A DNA stretch of 64,000 nucleotides. Origin: an uncultured virus (IMG/VR IMGVR_UViG_3300025280_000029) (taxonomy: Duplodnaviria; Heunggongvirae; Uroviricota; Caudoviricetes). The stretch is taken from IMG/VR virus record IMGVR_UViG_3300025280_000029; one strand, given 5' to 3'. The position numbers and the translations under genes are program-made. The notes under the pieces were generated by a model. That model worked only from the letters and a program-made list of their open reading frames with translations. It searched no databases and had not been told where the DNA came from. Positions 30,378 to 39,951 of the stretch are shown one piece after another (position 1 is the stretch's first letter; each line of letters opens with the position of its first letter).

Positions 30378-31207
30378 TGAGATCGCACACATACAAGCTT
30401 GAAGAACTAGTTATAGGCTATGGCCTAAATGCAATCTTGTATGCGTATCTAAACAATTCAACAATCTTAATTAATGGCTCTCAGAAGCCGTTCAGATTCG
30501 ATCTATGGGAGGGCAAGCAGAAGGCAGATATTTGGTCTGAAAAGCTGTTTGCTCTCTCTTTGATTGGAAAATGCCCACTAGCCGATAAGGTCGATTCCAT
30601 AAGAGTCGAAGATGGCCAAGTTAGCGTCATGACGAAAAATCTACGTCAAATAAAGATCGGATTTGAGAAACTTAGAATATTTGATGGGGATTCTGTTGAG
30701 GGTCTAGATTTCACCGAGAAGATAGAACAATACAGGGTTTTTGATTGGTTTAATGTACGTTCTGGCATGCGCCACGAGTTCGACAAAATAGAGACTATAT
30801 CAAATTTTGTTAAATGCATACATTTCTACCCATCAGATCGGCTGGATGGCAATCACCTAGACAAGAAAGATCTTGTTACTGAATCCTTTATCGATATATC
30901 AAATATTGACGATTTTGACGTTTCATCCACGGTCGCTCGCCTTAAAACGCTAGCGACAATGAAAGAGAATGGCATAAAAGGCACCAGAAACGGCAGGTCC
31001 ATGGAAGATCCAACCAAGTACAAACATTACGCTCTCAAAATAGAGTATGATCGACGCGAGAAATATAAGAATAAAAGATTATTTGTGACAGGAGACTTGC
31101 CAAAGGGAGTTAAATTTGATATAACTAATGAGAGCGTTTTGTTGTCCCAGTTAGCCGACAAGACACATACTTCAAAAGTTGAGAGGCAACTAATACTTGG
31201 AAAGTAA
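30377..31207 (+). CDS. Hypothetical protein with a degenerate Rossmann-like N-terminus
   Basis: LVIGYGLNAILYA resembles a GxGxxA dinucleotide-binding motif. Confidence 0.6.
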   Translation: MRSHTYKLEELVIGYGLNAILYAYLNNSTILINGSQKPFRFDLWEGKQKADIWSEKLFALSLIGKCPLADKVDSIRVEDGQVSVMTKNLRQIKIGFEKLRIFDGDSVEGLDFTEKIEQYRVFDWFNVRSGMRHEFDKIETISNFVKCIHFYPSDRLDGNHLDKKDLVTESFIDISNIDDFDVSSTVARLKTLATMKENGIKGTRNGRSMEDPTKYKHYALKIEYDRREKYKNKRLFVTGDLPKGVKFDITNESVLLSQLADKTHTSKVERQLILGK

Positions 31208-32099
31208 TACAGAAAATCTTAATACTTTTCATTTGTCAGGAATTATCCCTGTCAGTGGAATAGCCACCGACTTCGGCTTCGAATGGTCAGATTGTCTGAT
31301 GCCAATTGGAGCCAACTACACGGCCGTCGAACGCGCCGTGGTTGAGTGTGCCTACGCCGGCTGTGAAAACATATGGATCGTCGCTGACGACGACGTTAGC
31401 CCTCTTCTGCGACACAGACTAGGAGACTACTTGCAGGATCCGCATTCCATGAAGAAAGCGGCCTTCACTAAGTTTCCAGCTTCTAACTGGAGATCTATAC
31501 CGATATATTACGTTCCAATTAACCCCAAAGACCGCGGCAAGATTGACTGCTATGGGTGGAGCATTCTGTATGGGGCTATGACCGCATATCACATTTGCCG
31601 CAGGTTTAGCCGGTGGACAATCCCAGACCGGTATTACGTCGCCTTCCCTCTTTCAGTGTATAGTCCGTGGATTCCGGAAAAACACCGAACTGCGATATCG
31701 AGCAAAAAGCCCTTCTACCTATCAAAAGGTGGAAAAACCATCAAAGATGGAGAGATGCTTGGTTTTACATTTAATGGTGAAGATTTTAAGAGATTCCGAA
31801 AAGTTTTACGCGATAATTCTCGTGCCTATACCGCAAACAACCTAGTTGACGGGAAATATCCACAAGAAAAGCTGCCGCCTGAAAAAACATACATTTCTCG
31901 CAACTTTACCCTTGACAGGGTTTTTGAATCAGCTATAATTAAGGAGTCTGAAGTTGTAGAGCTTCCATGGCAATACGATATAGTAGATTGGGAAGGTTAT
32001 TGTAAGTTCTTAGGATCTCCCGAAAGAGCGAAAATAAAACGACCGTCTAAGAAGACTTTAAGCTTTCATAAATTGAACAAAATAGGAGAAGATGAATGA
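31197..32099 (+). CDS. Divergent sugar-phosphate nucleotidyltransferase-fold protein
   Basis: GIIPVSG...CLMPIG...VERAVVECAYAGCENIWIV pattern; lacks the canonical G.G.R..PK. Confidence 0.55.
   Translation: MESNTENLNTFHLSGIIPVSGIATDFGFEWSDCLMPIGANYTAVERAVVECAYAGCENIWIVADDDVSPLLRHRLGDYLQDPHSMKKAAFTKFPASNWRSIPIYYVPINPKDRGKIDCYGWSILYGAMTAYHICRRFSRWTIPDRYYVAFPLSVYSPWIPEKHRTAISSKKPFYLSKGGKTIKDGEMLGFTFNGEDFKRFRKVLRDNSRAYTANNLVDGKYPQEKLPPEKTYISRNFTLDRVFESAIIKESEVVELPWQYDIVDWEGYCKFLGSPERAKIKRPSKKTLSFHKLNKIGEDE
31912..31939 (+). promoter_or_regulatory. Internal sigma70 promoter for dnaE
   Basis: TTGACA-N16-TATAAT about 160 nt upstream of dnaE. Confidence 0.6.
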
Positions 32100-35000
32100 G
32101 CGAAGAAAACAACAGGGTAAAGTCAAAGATTCCATTCGTTGGCCTGCATGCACACAGTGTGGCGGGGTCAATATTTGATGCAATTGGTTTCCCGCCCGAA
32201 CACATGGATTTTGCATATCAGAATGGCTCAGAGGCCCTAGCACTGACAGACCACGGCAATATGAACGGTTTCAGTCATCAGATTCTCCACGCCAAAAAGA
32301 TGAAAGCGGAAGGGCGCGACTTTAAGCCAATCTTTGGATGTGAAGCCTATTTTCTGCCGAGTGTGGCCGAGTGGCAAGAGGACTATGATCGCATTCGCGA
32401 AGAAACGAAAAAGAAGAGCCAGCTAAATAGCGAACTCAGCGGCGCCACCGTTGAATCGGAAGGCGAAAGCAAAAAGGCAATAAAGAACATTCTAAACCGA
32501 CGGCGCCACCTAGTTTTGTTGGCAATGAACCAGACCGGCCTAAATAATCTCTTTAAGCTTATTTCAGAGAGTTACCGTTCCGAAAATTTCTATCGATATC
32601 CGCGAATCGACTATTCTCTTTTAGAGAAGTACAGCGAGGGGGTCATCGCCTCTTCTGCCTGTTTGGGTGGAGTTTACGCTGGAAACTATTGGGAGAATCG
32701 AGACGACGGAGAAGAGGCTGTCCTAGAGGCAATGAGGGAAACTACTCGCCGAATGGTTGACATCTTCGGGGACAGGTGGTTTGCCGAATTACAATGGAAC
32801 TCAGTTCCGGAGCAACATGATCTGAACAAGTACATTATTAAGATGCATGAGGAGTTCGGAGTCGAACTGATTTCGACTGCAGACAGTCATTATCCCGATC
32901 CGGATGCCTGGAAGGATCGTGAGCTTTATAAGCGCCTAGGTTGGTTGGGCCGCGGCACCCCTGACTGGATGGAGGATACTAGCCTGCCCCCGGGGGTCGA
33001 GGAGATCGGGTATGAATTATATCCGAAGAACGGCGATCAAATGTGGGCATCCTTCAAACAGTATGCAGCTGCAGCCAACGAGACATACGACGAGGATATG
33101 GTTCTTAAGTCTATCACAAACACTCACGACATCGCAATGAATCGCATTGAGGATTTCGAACCGGACACAACAGTTCGACTACCAGATTTCGTTGTACCAG
33201 AAGGAGCTACCGCTACTCAGGCACTTACTCGCTTGGCAATCAATGGCCTCAGGGACTTGGGACTACAGGAAAAAGAAAACTACCTACGCCGACTAAAGAT
33301 GGAGCTAGGTGTCATCGATGATCGCGGCTTCAGTAAATACTTCTTGACGATGAAGGCCATCGCCGACCGCGCAAACACAATTCAATTGACCGGCCCGGGC
33401 CGCGGATCCGCAGCAGGTTCCTTGGTCGCATATGCGCTGGGAATAACACAGGTTGATCCTATCCGGTGGAATTTGCTGTTCGAAAGATTCTTGCGCAAAG
33501 ACGCAACTGACTATCCGGATATTGATTACGATGTCGCCGATCCAATGAAGTTAAAAGAGATTTTAATTGAAGAGTGGGGTGAAAACACCGTAGTACCGAT
33601 TTCGAATTGGAACACGCTGCAGCTGCGCAGTTTAATTAAGGATATTTCAAAGTTTTACGGAGTTCCGTTTACAGAGGTCAATCCCGTAACTAGTAGAATG
33701 ATCAGAGAGGCCACCCCGGCCGCTAAGAAGAAGCATAATATTAAGAGTGGAGTCTACAATCCAACATGGCAAGAGGTCATGGAATTTAGCTCATCGCTTA
33801 AGAGCTTCCTGGCGAAATACCCACACATCAAGACCCACGTTGAAATGTTGGTTGGACAGGTTCGCTCCTGTAGCCGCCACGCCGGCGGAGTTGTTATTGC
33901 GGAAAACCTAGACGAATGTATGCCGCTAATTAACTCCGGAGGTGTGAGACAGACTCCGTGGTCTGAGGGCCAGAATGTCCGCCACTTGGAGCCGCTAGGT
34001 TTTATCAAATTTGATATTTTAGGACTGGCATCTCTTCGTATGATCCAGGGTGCGATTAAACATGTTCTCAAGCGCCATGAGGGGGTAGAAAATCCAACAT
34101 TTGAAGACGTTAAGAAGTTTTACGAAACTAGGCTCCATCCGGACGCTATCGACTTCGAAGACAAAAAGGTTTACCATAACGTCTTCCACAAAGGCAATTG
34201 GGCCGGAATCTTCCAGTTTACTGAGGGGGGCTCTCAGAGGTTCTGTAAGAACGCAAAGCCAACTAATCTGATTGACTTGGCTTCAATTACTTCAATCTAT
34301 CGCCCGGGCCCATTGGGCGCGAAGGTGGACAAGGCCTTTGTTGAGGCAAAGAAAAACCCGGAGGATGTACACTACATCAACGACACCGTACGCGAGATTA
34401 CAGAGGAGTCATACGGCTTTTTGATCTTTCAGGAACAGATCGCAATGTTGGCCCACAAGCTAGGCAAGAATCTGTCTCTAGATGAGGGGAACCTTTTGCG
34501 GAAGGTGCTAACAAAGAAGGGTACCGGGAAAGACAGCGTAAAGCAGAACATCTATAAGAAGTTTATGGCCGGCTGCAGCGAAAAGGCAATGAGGACGACA
34601 ACTGCTCAAAAGCTTTGGGATACGTTTGAATACTTCTCAGGATATGGTTTTAACAAATCACATGCGGTTTCTTATTCGATCTTGTCATTCCAGTGTGCTT
34701 GGCTGTTGACATACTACCCTGCTGAGTGGATGGCTGCATTCTTGGACAAAGAGCCAGAATCTCGCAAGGAACGCGCCATCAATATCGCCAAGAACTATGG
34801 CTTTAATATTCAGGAGGTTGATATTGGACATTCCGGCCGCGTTTGGGAAATTTCGGATGATGGAAACACCCTGATTCAGCCCTTGAGTTCGATTAAGGGA
34901 CTAGGCGAGACTGCGATTGAACAGATTGTTAATAATCGACCGTTTAATGATGTTGAAGAATTCTTGTTTAATGAGAATATTGTTTATAGTAAACTTAACA

Positions 35001-35539
35001 AGAAAGCTCTGAGTGTCTTGGTCAGATCGGGTGCGCTGTCCTCACTGAAGGATGAAAGGTTCACTGGTAATAAGCATTTCTGGTCTGCAATTGCGCTAGA
35101 GAGACCAAAGAACAAAAAGAAGCTGCGAGAGAACATAGACATGTATGCTCCGGAGGGAGAGTTCACAGAAGAGGAGACGATCCAGAATATTGTTTCCTTG
35201 ACAGGAGTTTTCCCAATGAACCGGGTTATGGAATCTGGAATTCGCGAGAGGCTAGCCGAATTGTACGTCCCGCCAATCTCCCAGTTCGATCCGGATCTTC
35301 AGCTAGCTTGGTTCATTCCTCGCGAAATAATTCCAAAGAAAACAAAGAATGGTAAAGATTATTGGATTCTCCGCGTTATTGACGACAAGGCGGCGGTTAC
35401 AAGTATTAAATGTTGGGGTGTTCGTCCCGAGAAGGATGTGGTACACTTAAATCGGCCATACATGAGCCGACTAGATTACGATCCGGACTGGGGATTCTCA
35501 ACAAGATCAATTCGTCATAATTTTAGACTACTAGGATAG
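32096..35539 (+). CDS. dnaE: DNA polymerase III alpha subunit (family C)
   Basis: PHP domain LHAHS/ALTDHG, GRGSAAGSLVAY, PDIDYD, KFDILGL and YGFNKSH. Confidence 0.97.
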   Translation: MSEENNRVKSKIPFVGLHAHSVAGSIFDAIGFPPEHMDFAYQNGSEALALTDHGNMNGFSHQILHAKKMKAEGRDFKPIFGCEAYFLPSVAEWQEDYDRIREETKKKSQLNSELSGATVESEGESKKAIKNILNRRRHLVLLAMNQTGLNNLFKLISESYRSENFYRYPRIDYSLLEKYSEGVIASSACLGGVYAGNYWENRDDGEEAVLEAMRETTRRMVDIFGDRWFAELQWNSVPEQHDLNKYIIKMHEEFGVELISTADSHYPDPDAWKDRELYKRLGWLGRGTPDWMEDTSLPPGVEEIGYELYPKNGDQMWASFKQYAAAANETYDEDMVLKSITNTHDIAMNRIEDFEPDTTVRLPDFVVPEGATATQALTRLAINGLRDLGLQEKENYLRRLKMELGVIDDRGFSKYFLTMKAIADRANTIQLTGPGRGSAAGSLVAYALGITQVDPIRWNLLFERFLRKDATDYPDIDYDVADPMKLKEILIEEWGENTVVPISNWNTLQLRSLIKDISKFYGVPFTEVNPVTSRMIREATPAAKKKHNIKSGVYNPTWQEVMEFSSSLKSFLAKYPHIKTHVEMLVGQVRSCSRHAGGVVIAENLDECMPLINSGGVRQTPWSEGQNVRHLEPLGFIKFDILGLASLRMIQGAIKHVLKRHEGVENPTFEDVKKFYETRLHPDAIDFEDKKVYHNVFHKGNWAGIFQFTEGGSQRFCKNAKPTNLIDLASITSIYRPGPLGAKVDKAFVEAKKNPEDVHYINDTVREITEESYGFLIFQEQIAMLAHKLGKNLSLDEGNLLRKVLTKKGTGKDSVKQNIYKKFMAGCSEKAMRTTTAQKLWDTFEYFSGYGFNKSHAVSYSILSFQCAWLLTYYPAEWMAAFLDKEPESRKERAINIAKNYGFNIQEVDIGHSGRVWEISDDGNTLIQPLSSIKGLGETAIEQIVNNRPFNDVEEFLFNENIVYSKLNKKALSVLVRSGALSSLKDERFTGNKHFWSAIALERPKNKKKLRENIDMYAPEGEFTEEETIQNIVSLTGVFPMNRVMESGIRERLAELYVPPISQFDPDLQLAWFIPREIIPKKTKNGKDYWILRVIDDKAAVTSIKCWGVRPEKDVVHLNRPYMSRLDYDPDWGFSTRSIRHNFRLLG

Positions 35540-35553
35540 AAAGGAAAAGTAAA

Positions 35554-35709
35554 ATGGCTAGAAGAATAAAGACAACGACAGGAAGAAGTGATAAGGCAAA
35601 TAAGAAGAAAAGCGCGCAGGGTTGCGGCAAGTTCACTAAGTGGCGACGCCCCGGCCCCAACGGCGGAAACAAGAAATACCGCAAGAAGTATAGGGGACAA
35701 GGACGATGA
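35554..35709 (+). CDS. Small basic protein (51 aa) ending KKYRGQGR
   Basis: Manually translated MARRIKTTTGRSDKANKKKSAQGCGKFTKWRRPGPNGGNKKYRKKYRGQGR; AAGGA RBS; ATGA overlap with the next ORF; below the ORF-track cut-off. Confidence 0.7.
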   Translation: MARRIKTTTGRSDKANKKKSAQGCGKFTKWRRPGPNGGNKKYRKKYRGQGR

Positions 35710-35900
35710 TCGCTGACATAATTGTCGACCTACAATATGGTGATTGCGGGAAGGGCAAGGTAACTCACCACCTTCTACGTACTTTGAAATATACTCACTG
35801 TATTCGCTATAACGGCGGGTGCAATGCTGGCCACACTATCTTCCATGAAGGCAAGAAGTTTGTGACACATCAAAAAACTATGGTTTATGCTGTGTTGTAA
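35706..35900 (+). pseudogene. purA: Truncated purA 5' fragment (resident copy)
   Basis: YGDCGKGK...RYNGGCNAGHT; similarity to the full copy stops after KFVTH, then an early stop. Confidence 0.85.
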
Positions 35901-35928
35901 TACTATATATTATAGGAGGTATTGAAAG

Positions 35929-36474
35929 ATGAACTATAAAATCTGCAAAACCTGTAATATTGAGAAACCTGCCAAGGACTACTATAAACAACAGGGCGGA
36001 ATGTTGGGTGTCAAAGCCCACTGTAAAGAATGTTATACTCGCATCCGCGCTCGGAACAAGTCTGAGGCTACGCGAGAAAGAAATAGGATTCGACAGCGAC
36101 AATATTATAGAGACAACACTGAGCTTTTAGTAGCGAAGCAGAAAGAGTATTACGAGAATAACAAAGATAAGGTAAAGGAATACCGTAAGCGGCCGCTTGT
36201 TCGATATAAGAAATATATTCGGGGCGCCGAAGAGAGAGGGCTCGACTTCTCTCTTACCGAACAGGAGTTTCTGTCGTTTTGGCAAAAAGAGTGTTACTAT
36301 TGTGGCGCCATACCAGAAACCATAGGGATTGATAGAATGAGAAATGAAGAAGGATATAGTTTGGACAATGTAGTTGCATGCTGCAAAGATTGTAATTTTT
36401 TGAAGCACAACTTGACACCAGAGGTCTTTCTTGATAGGATAAAGAAGATATACAATTATCAAAATAGGAGTTAG
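35929..36474 (+). mobile_element. Free-standing HNH-family homing endonuclease
   Basis: N-terminal CxxC...CKEC; CYYCG...GIDR..N..GY...NVVACCKDCN..K; own AGGAGG RBS and ACTATATATT late-like box; sits between two purA 5' ends. Confidence 0.8.
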
Positions 36475-36476
36475 TA

Positions 36477-37475
36477 ATGATAGCAGATATAGTAGTGGGA
36501 TTGTCTTTTGGAGACGAAGGAAAAGGAAAAGTAACGCATCAGCTTTTAAAGTCAGGCAAATATACACATTGTCTGCGGTACAACGGGTCTAATAATGCCG
36601 GACATACGATTTATCACAAGGGTGAAAAGTTTGTTCTGCATTCTATTCCTATGGGCGTCTTCTTTGGCGTCAAGTCAATCATCGGCGCAGGATGCGTCGT
36701 AAACCTTGAGCAGTTCTTCAGCGAAATCGAAATGCTGGAAGAAGGTGGCATCCCCACCGAAGGGTTGGTTTGTATTGCCAACAGTGCGCATGTTATAACG
36801 GATGAGCACCTAGAGGAAGATGGTAAAGAATTCTCGATTGGCACAACGAAGAAGGGGAATGGGCCAGCCTACCGCGATAAGTATGCGCGCACCGGAACCC
36901 GAGCCGAAGCCGTAGAAGCCTTAAATGATTATACTGTAGATCTGTATAAAGAACTACATTCTGCCTCTCCCACCGTTGTGCTGCTAGAGGGTGCTCAGGG
37001 TTTCGGCCTCGATATTGATTGGGGTGATTACCCATATGTTACATCCAGTCACTGTACTAGCGCCGGCGCCCTGTTGAATGGGATTCCACCATTCTCTGTA
37101 AGAAAGGTTTACGGTGTTGCGAAGGCGTATGAGACATATGTCGGTGCAAAGAAGTTCGAACCCGATTCTCCTATATTTCAAAAATTGAGAGATGTCGGCA
37201 ACGAATACGGTGCAACAACCGGCCGGCCCCGGCAATGCAATTGGACAAACTTGAGCCTTTTAGAAAAGGCCGCTAAGATCAATGGAATCACTGATCTCAT
37301 CATAAACAAGGTTGATGTGATGAGGGAGGTGGGCGAGTGGAATCTCAGGTTTGATGATTCTATGATTACGAGACTTCAAGAGGAAGAAGCTTGGAAGAAT
37401 TATATAAGATACTTCTTCAACAAAAAGATAAGAAACCTAACAATTTATTTTTCAGAAACACCAGAAAGGATATAA
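36477..37475 (+). CDS. purA: Adenylosuccinate synthetase (short form)
   Basis: GDEGKGK, NAGHT, IGTT..G.GPAY, EGAQG..LD...G.YPYVTSS and EYGATTGRPR. Confidence 0.95.
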   Translation: MIADIVVGLSFGDEGKGKVTHQLLKSGKYTHCLRYNGSNNAGHTIYHKGEKFVLHSIPMGVFFGVKSIIGAGCVVNLEQFFSEIEMLEEGGIPTEGLVCIANSAHVITDEHLEEDGKEFSIGTTKKGNGPAYRDKYARTGTRAEAVEALNDYTVDLYKELHSASPTVVLLEGAQGFGLDIDWGDYPYVTSSHCTSAGALLNGIPPFSVRKVYGVAKAYETYVGAKKFEPDSPIFQKLRDVGNEYGATTGRPRQCNWTNLSLLEKAAKINGITDLIINKVDVMREVGEWNLRFDDSMITRLQEEEAWKNYIRYFFNKKIRNLTIYFSETPERI

Positions 37476-37476
37476 A

Positions 37477-38079
37477 ATGAAAATTACAACAACATACTCT
37501 CCCTTACTAAAGGATCCCGAATTACAGAGAAACCCTGTTATTATCAGGGTTAACGAATTTAATAATCGAGCAGCGAAGGATTTTGAGACACAGATTACTC
37601 GGGCCCATAATACCGGACAGCCTGTTATTCCAATTGTCATTGATTCGTATGGAGGGCAGGTGTATAGCCTTATGAGCATGATCTCCTCTATTAGACACTC
37701 AGAGTTACCAGTCGCGACGATTATCGAAGGAAAGGCGATGTCTTGCGGAGCAATTCTGTTTTCTTTCGGTGCCGATGGCATGAGATTTATGGATGCTGAC
37801 GCAACGCTGATGATCCATGATGTTTCATCGGGAATGTGGGGGAAGATCGAAGAGATCAAAGCCTCTGCCGCAGAAGCTGAGAGATTGAACCAGAAGATCT
37901 ATCGCATGATGGCGACCAACTGTGGGAACCCGGAAGAATATTTTTTGGAAATGATTCATGACCGCGGCCACACAGACTGGTTCCTTGATGCAGCAGAGGC
38001 TAAGAAGCATAATTTAGCAAACGAGATCCGAGTTCCAAAATTTAATATTCTTGCGAACGTCGCGATCAATTTCGAATAG
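37477..38079 (+). CDS. clpP: ClpP-like protease
   Basis: IDSYGG, AMSCG (Ser), MIHD (His) and DWFLDAAEA. Confidence 0.85.
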   Translation: MKITTTYSPLLKDPELQRNPVIIRVNEFNNRAAKDFETQITRAHNTGQPVIPIVIDSYGGQVYSLMSMISSIRHSELPVATIIEGKAMSCGAILFSFGADGMRFMDADATLMIHDVSSGMWGKIEEIKASAAEAERLNQKIYRMMATNCGNPEEYFLEMIHDRGHTDWFLDAAEAKKHNLANEIRVPKFNILANVAINFE

Positions 38080-38087
38080 AGGTTATT

Positions 38088-38603
38088 ATGAGTGTTGGAC
38101 CTAATTTATGGAAGAAGGAAGGTGGCGCCGTTGGGTTTAGTTCGAAATCTGTTGAATGGGATACCCCGGCCGCATTCTTTCAACGTTTGGATTTAAGTTT
38201 TTCATTTACTTTGGATCCTTGCGCAACAGAGAGAAACGCAAAGTGTAGCAAATTCTACACCATTGAGCAGAATGGCCTAGAGCAAGATTGGGGTGGGGAG
38301 ACTGTTTTTGTTAACCCGCCCTACGGCCGCGGCATCGGTGCCTGGGTTGAAAAGGCTTATAAGGAGAGTAAGAAACACAATACGACAGTTGTTATGTTGA
38401 TTCCCTCTCGCACAGACACGAAGTGGTGGCACAATTATGTTATGAAGGCCAAAGAGGTTTATCTTCTTAAGGGAAGGTTGAAATTTGGTGATTCGAAGAA
38501 TGCTGCGCCATTTCCTTCTGCAGTGGTGGTATTTGAGTCTGACAGTCTTCTAGCGCGCACCCCCTCAACCAATCCGCGCATGTTTTCATTAGAAAGGACA
38601 TAG
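38088..38603 (+). CDS. Phage DNA N6-adenine methyltransferase (Dam-like)
   Basis: EWDTP, LDPCA, FVNPPY, LIPSRTDT.WW and GRLKF. Confidence 0.9.
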   Translation: MSVGPNLWKKEGGAVGFSSKSVEWDTPAAFFQRLDLSFSFTLDPCATERNAKCSKFYTIEQNGLEQDWGGETVFVNPPYGRGIGAWVEKAYKESKKHNTTVVMLIPSRTDTKWWHNYVMKAKEVYLLKGRLKFGDSKNAAPFPSAVVVFESDSLLARTPSTNPRMFSLERT

Positions 38604-38605
38604 GT

Positions 38606-38875
38606 ATGAAAAAAATTAGAAAAGTAGTAAAAAAGAATAAAAAGAAAGAGTCGAACGATGCACTTTCTGCTTTGGAGAAGAAGGCTAGCCTCTTCTTAGA
38701 TATGCCGTCTGAGTGCTGTGTGTGCAGCGAAGAATTCGATAAGGAAGATAAAGAGATGGTAGAGACTTGGCAGGTTTCAGTTTATGAAGAAAGAAAGCTG
38801 GTTAGATTAACCTGCCCAGTGTGTCATGGCAAGGTCAAAAATTTCATTGAAAGGATAAGAAATGAACAGGAATAA
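38606..38875 (+). CDS. Hypothetical zinc-binding protein
   Basis: Two CxxC motifs. Confidence 0.7.
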   Translation: MKKIRKVVKKNKKKESNDALSALEKKASLFLDMPSECCVCSEEFDKEDKEMVETWQVSVYEERKLVRLTCPVCHGKVKNFIERIRNEQE

Positions 38876-39950
38876 CAAAAGTTTTACGACCAACACATAT
38901 GGCAAAGTAGAATACACGTATGAACAGGAACGCCAGTTTGCAGAATCTCTTTCGTACGATGATGTACTTTTAAAACCACAGTATTCTGAGATCTTGAGTC
39001 GTTCAGATATTGATATTGGCAGCGATTTAGGACTCAACCATCGCCTAGGCTTGCCTCTGATTGCCGCGCCGATGGACACAATTTCCGAAGCAGACATGGC
39101 CCTATCTATGGACCGCTCTGGCGGAATGGCAGTATTACATCGCTATAATACACCGGAAGAGCAGGCAAGGGTGGCATCGACAGTTATAAAATTGCATGGC
39201 GCAACCGTCGCCGCGGCCATTGGGGTTTCGGACGATTTCCTAGTACGAGCTACAGCGCTCTATGAGGCTGGTGTGCGCACTTTCTGCTTAGATGTGGCCC
39301 ATGGACACCACATTCTCGTACGGCGAGCTATAGCGTCTCTGAGGCTAACTTATGGTAATAAAATTCATATCATGGCTGGAAATGTTGCAACGCTTGAGGG
39401 CTTGAATGACCTATCTGATTGGGGCGCTGATAGTGTTCGTGTCGGAATCGGCGGCGGCTCGATTTGTAGTACTAGGATACAAACTGGCCATGGCATACCA
39501 ACATTCCAATCTGTACTGGATTGTGCTAAAACTGACCGCGATGTAAAGATCATCGCTGACGGAGGAATTAAAAATTCTGGCGACATTGTAAAGGTTTTGG
39601 CTGCCGGCGCAGATTTTGTTATGGCCGGTTCTATACTTGCCGGAACAGACGAATGCCCGGGCGAACTAATAAAGACTCACGATGGAGAGTTCAAAACCTA
39701 CAGAGGCATGGCCAGTAAAGACGCTCAGATGGACTGGCGCGGCCGCACATCATCTTTAGAAGGTGTCTCAGCAGTTGTTCCATATAGGGGCCCCGTCGCC
39801 AATGTTTTGCAGGATCTAGAAAGAGGTATCCGTAGTGGCTTTTCGTATTCCGGCGCAAGCTGCTTAGTTGAATTACAGGCAAAGTCTAAGTTCATTAGGC
39901 AAACTGGCGCCGGCCAATTGGAAAGTACAACTCACATTAGTGGGCGATAA
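38862..39950 (+). CDS. guaB: IMP dehydrogenase/GMP reductase family (no CBS domain)
   Basis: LSYDDVLL, APMDT, DVAHGH, GIGGGSICSTR, IIADGGI and YRGMAS. Confidence 0.9.
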   Translation: MNRNNKSFTTNTYGKVEYTYEQERQFAESLSYDDVLLKPQYSEILSRSDIDIGSDLGLNHRLGLPLIAAPMDTISEADMALSMDRSGGMAVLHRYNTPEEQARVASTVIKLHGATVAAAIGVSDDFLVRATALYEAGVRTFCLDVAHGHHILVRRAIASLRLTYGNKIHIMAGNVATLEGLNDLSDWGADSVRVGIGGGSICSTRIQTGHGIPTFQSVLDCAKTDRDVKIIADGGIKNSGDIVKVLAAGADFVMAGSILAGTDECPGELIKTHDGEFKTYRGMASKDAQMDWRGRTSSLEGVSAVVPYRGPVANVLQDLERGIRSGFSYSGASCLVELQAKSKFIRQTGAGQLESTTHISGR

Positions 39951-39951
39951 G

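Noticed and set aside
23205..35539. Inteins in RecA, DnaB, RNR or DnaE
   Set aside because: Lengths are ordinary and no C...HN/(C/S/T) splice junctions or LAGLIDADG blocks interrupt the conserved motifs
35874..36640. Group I intron splitting purA
   Set aside because: The downstream copy is a complete gene with its own RBS and start codon; no room or recognisable core elements for a ribozyme
36477..37475. PurZ (2-aminoadenine DNA pathway)
   Set aside because: Both copies keep the PurA catalytic Asp (GDEGKG, GDCGKG) rather than the PurZ Ser
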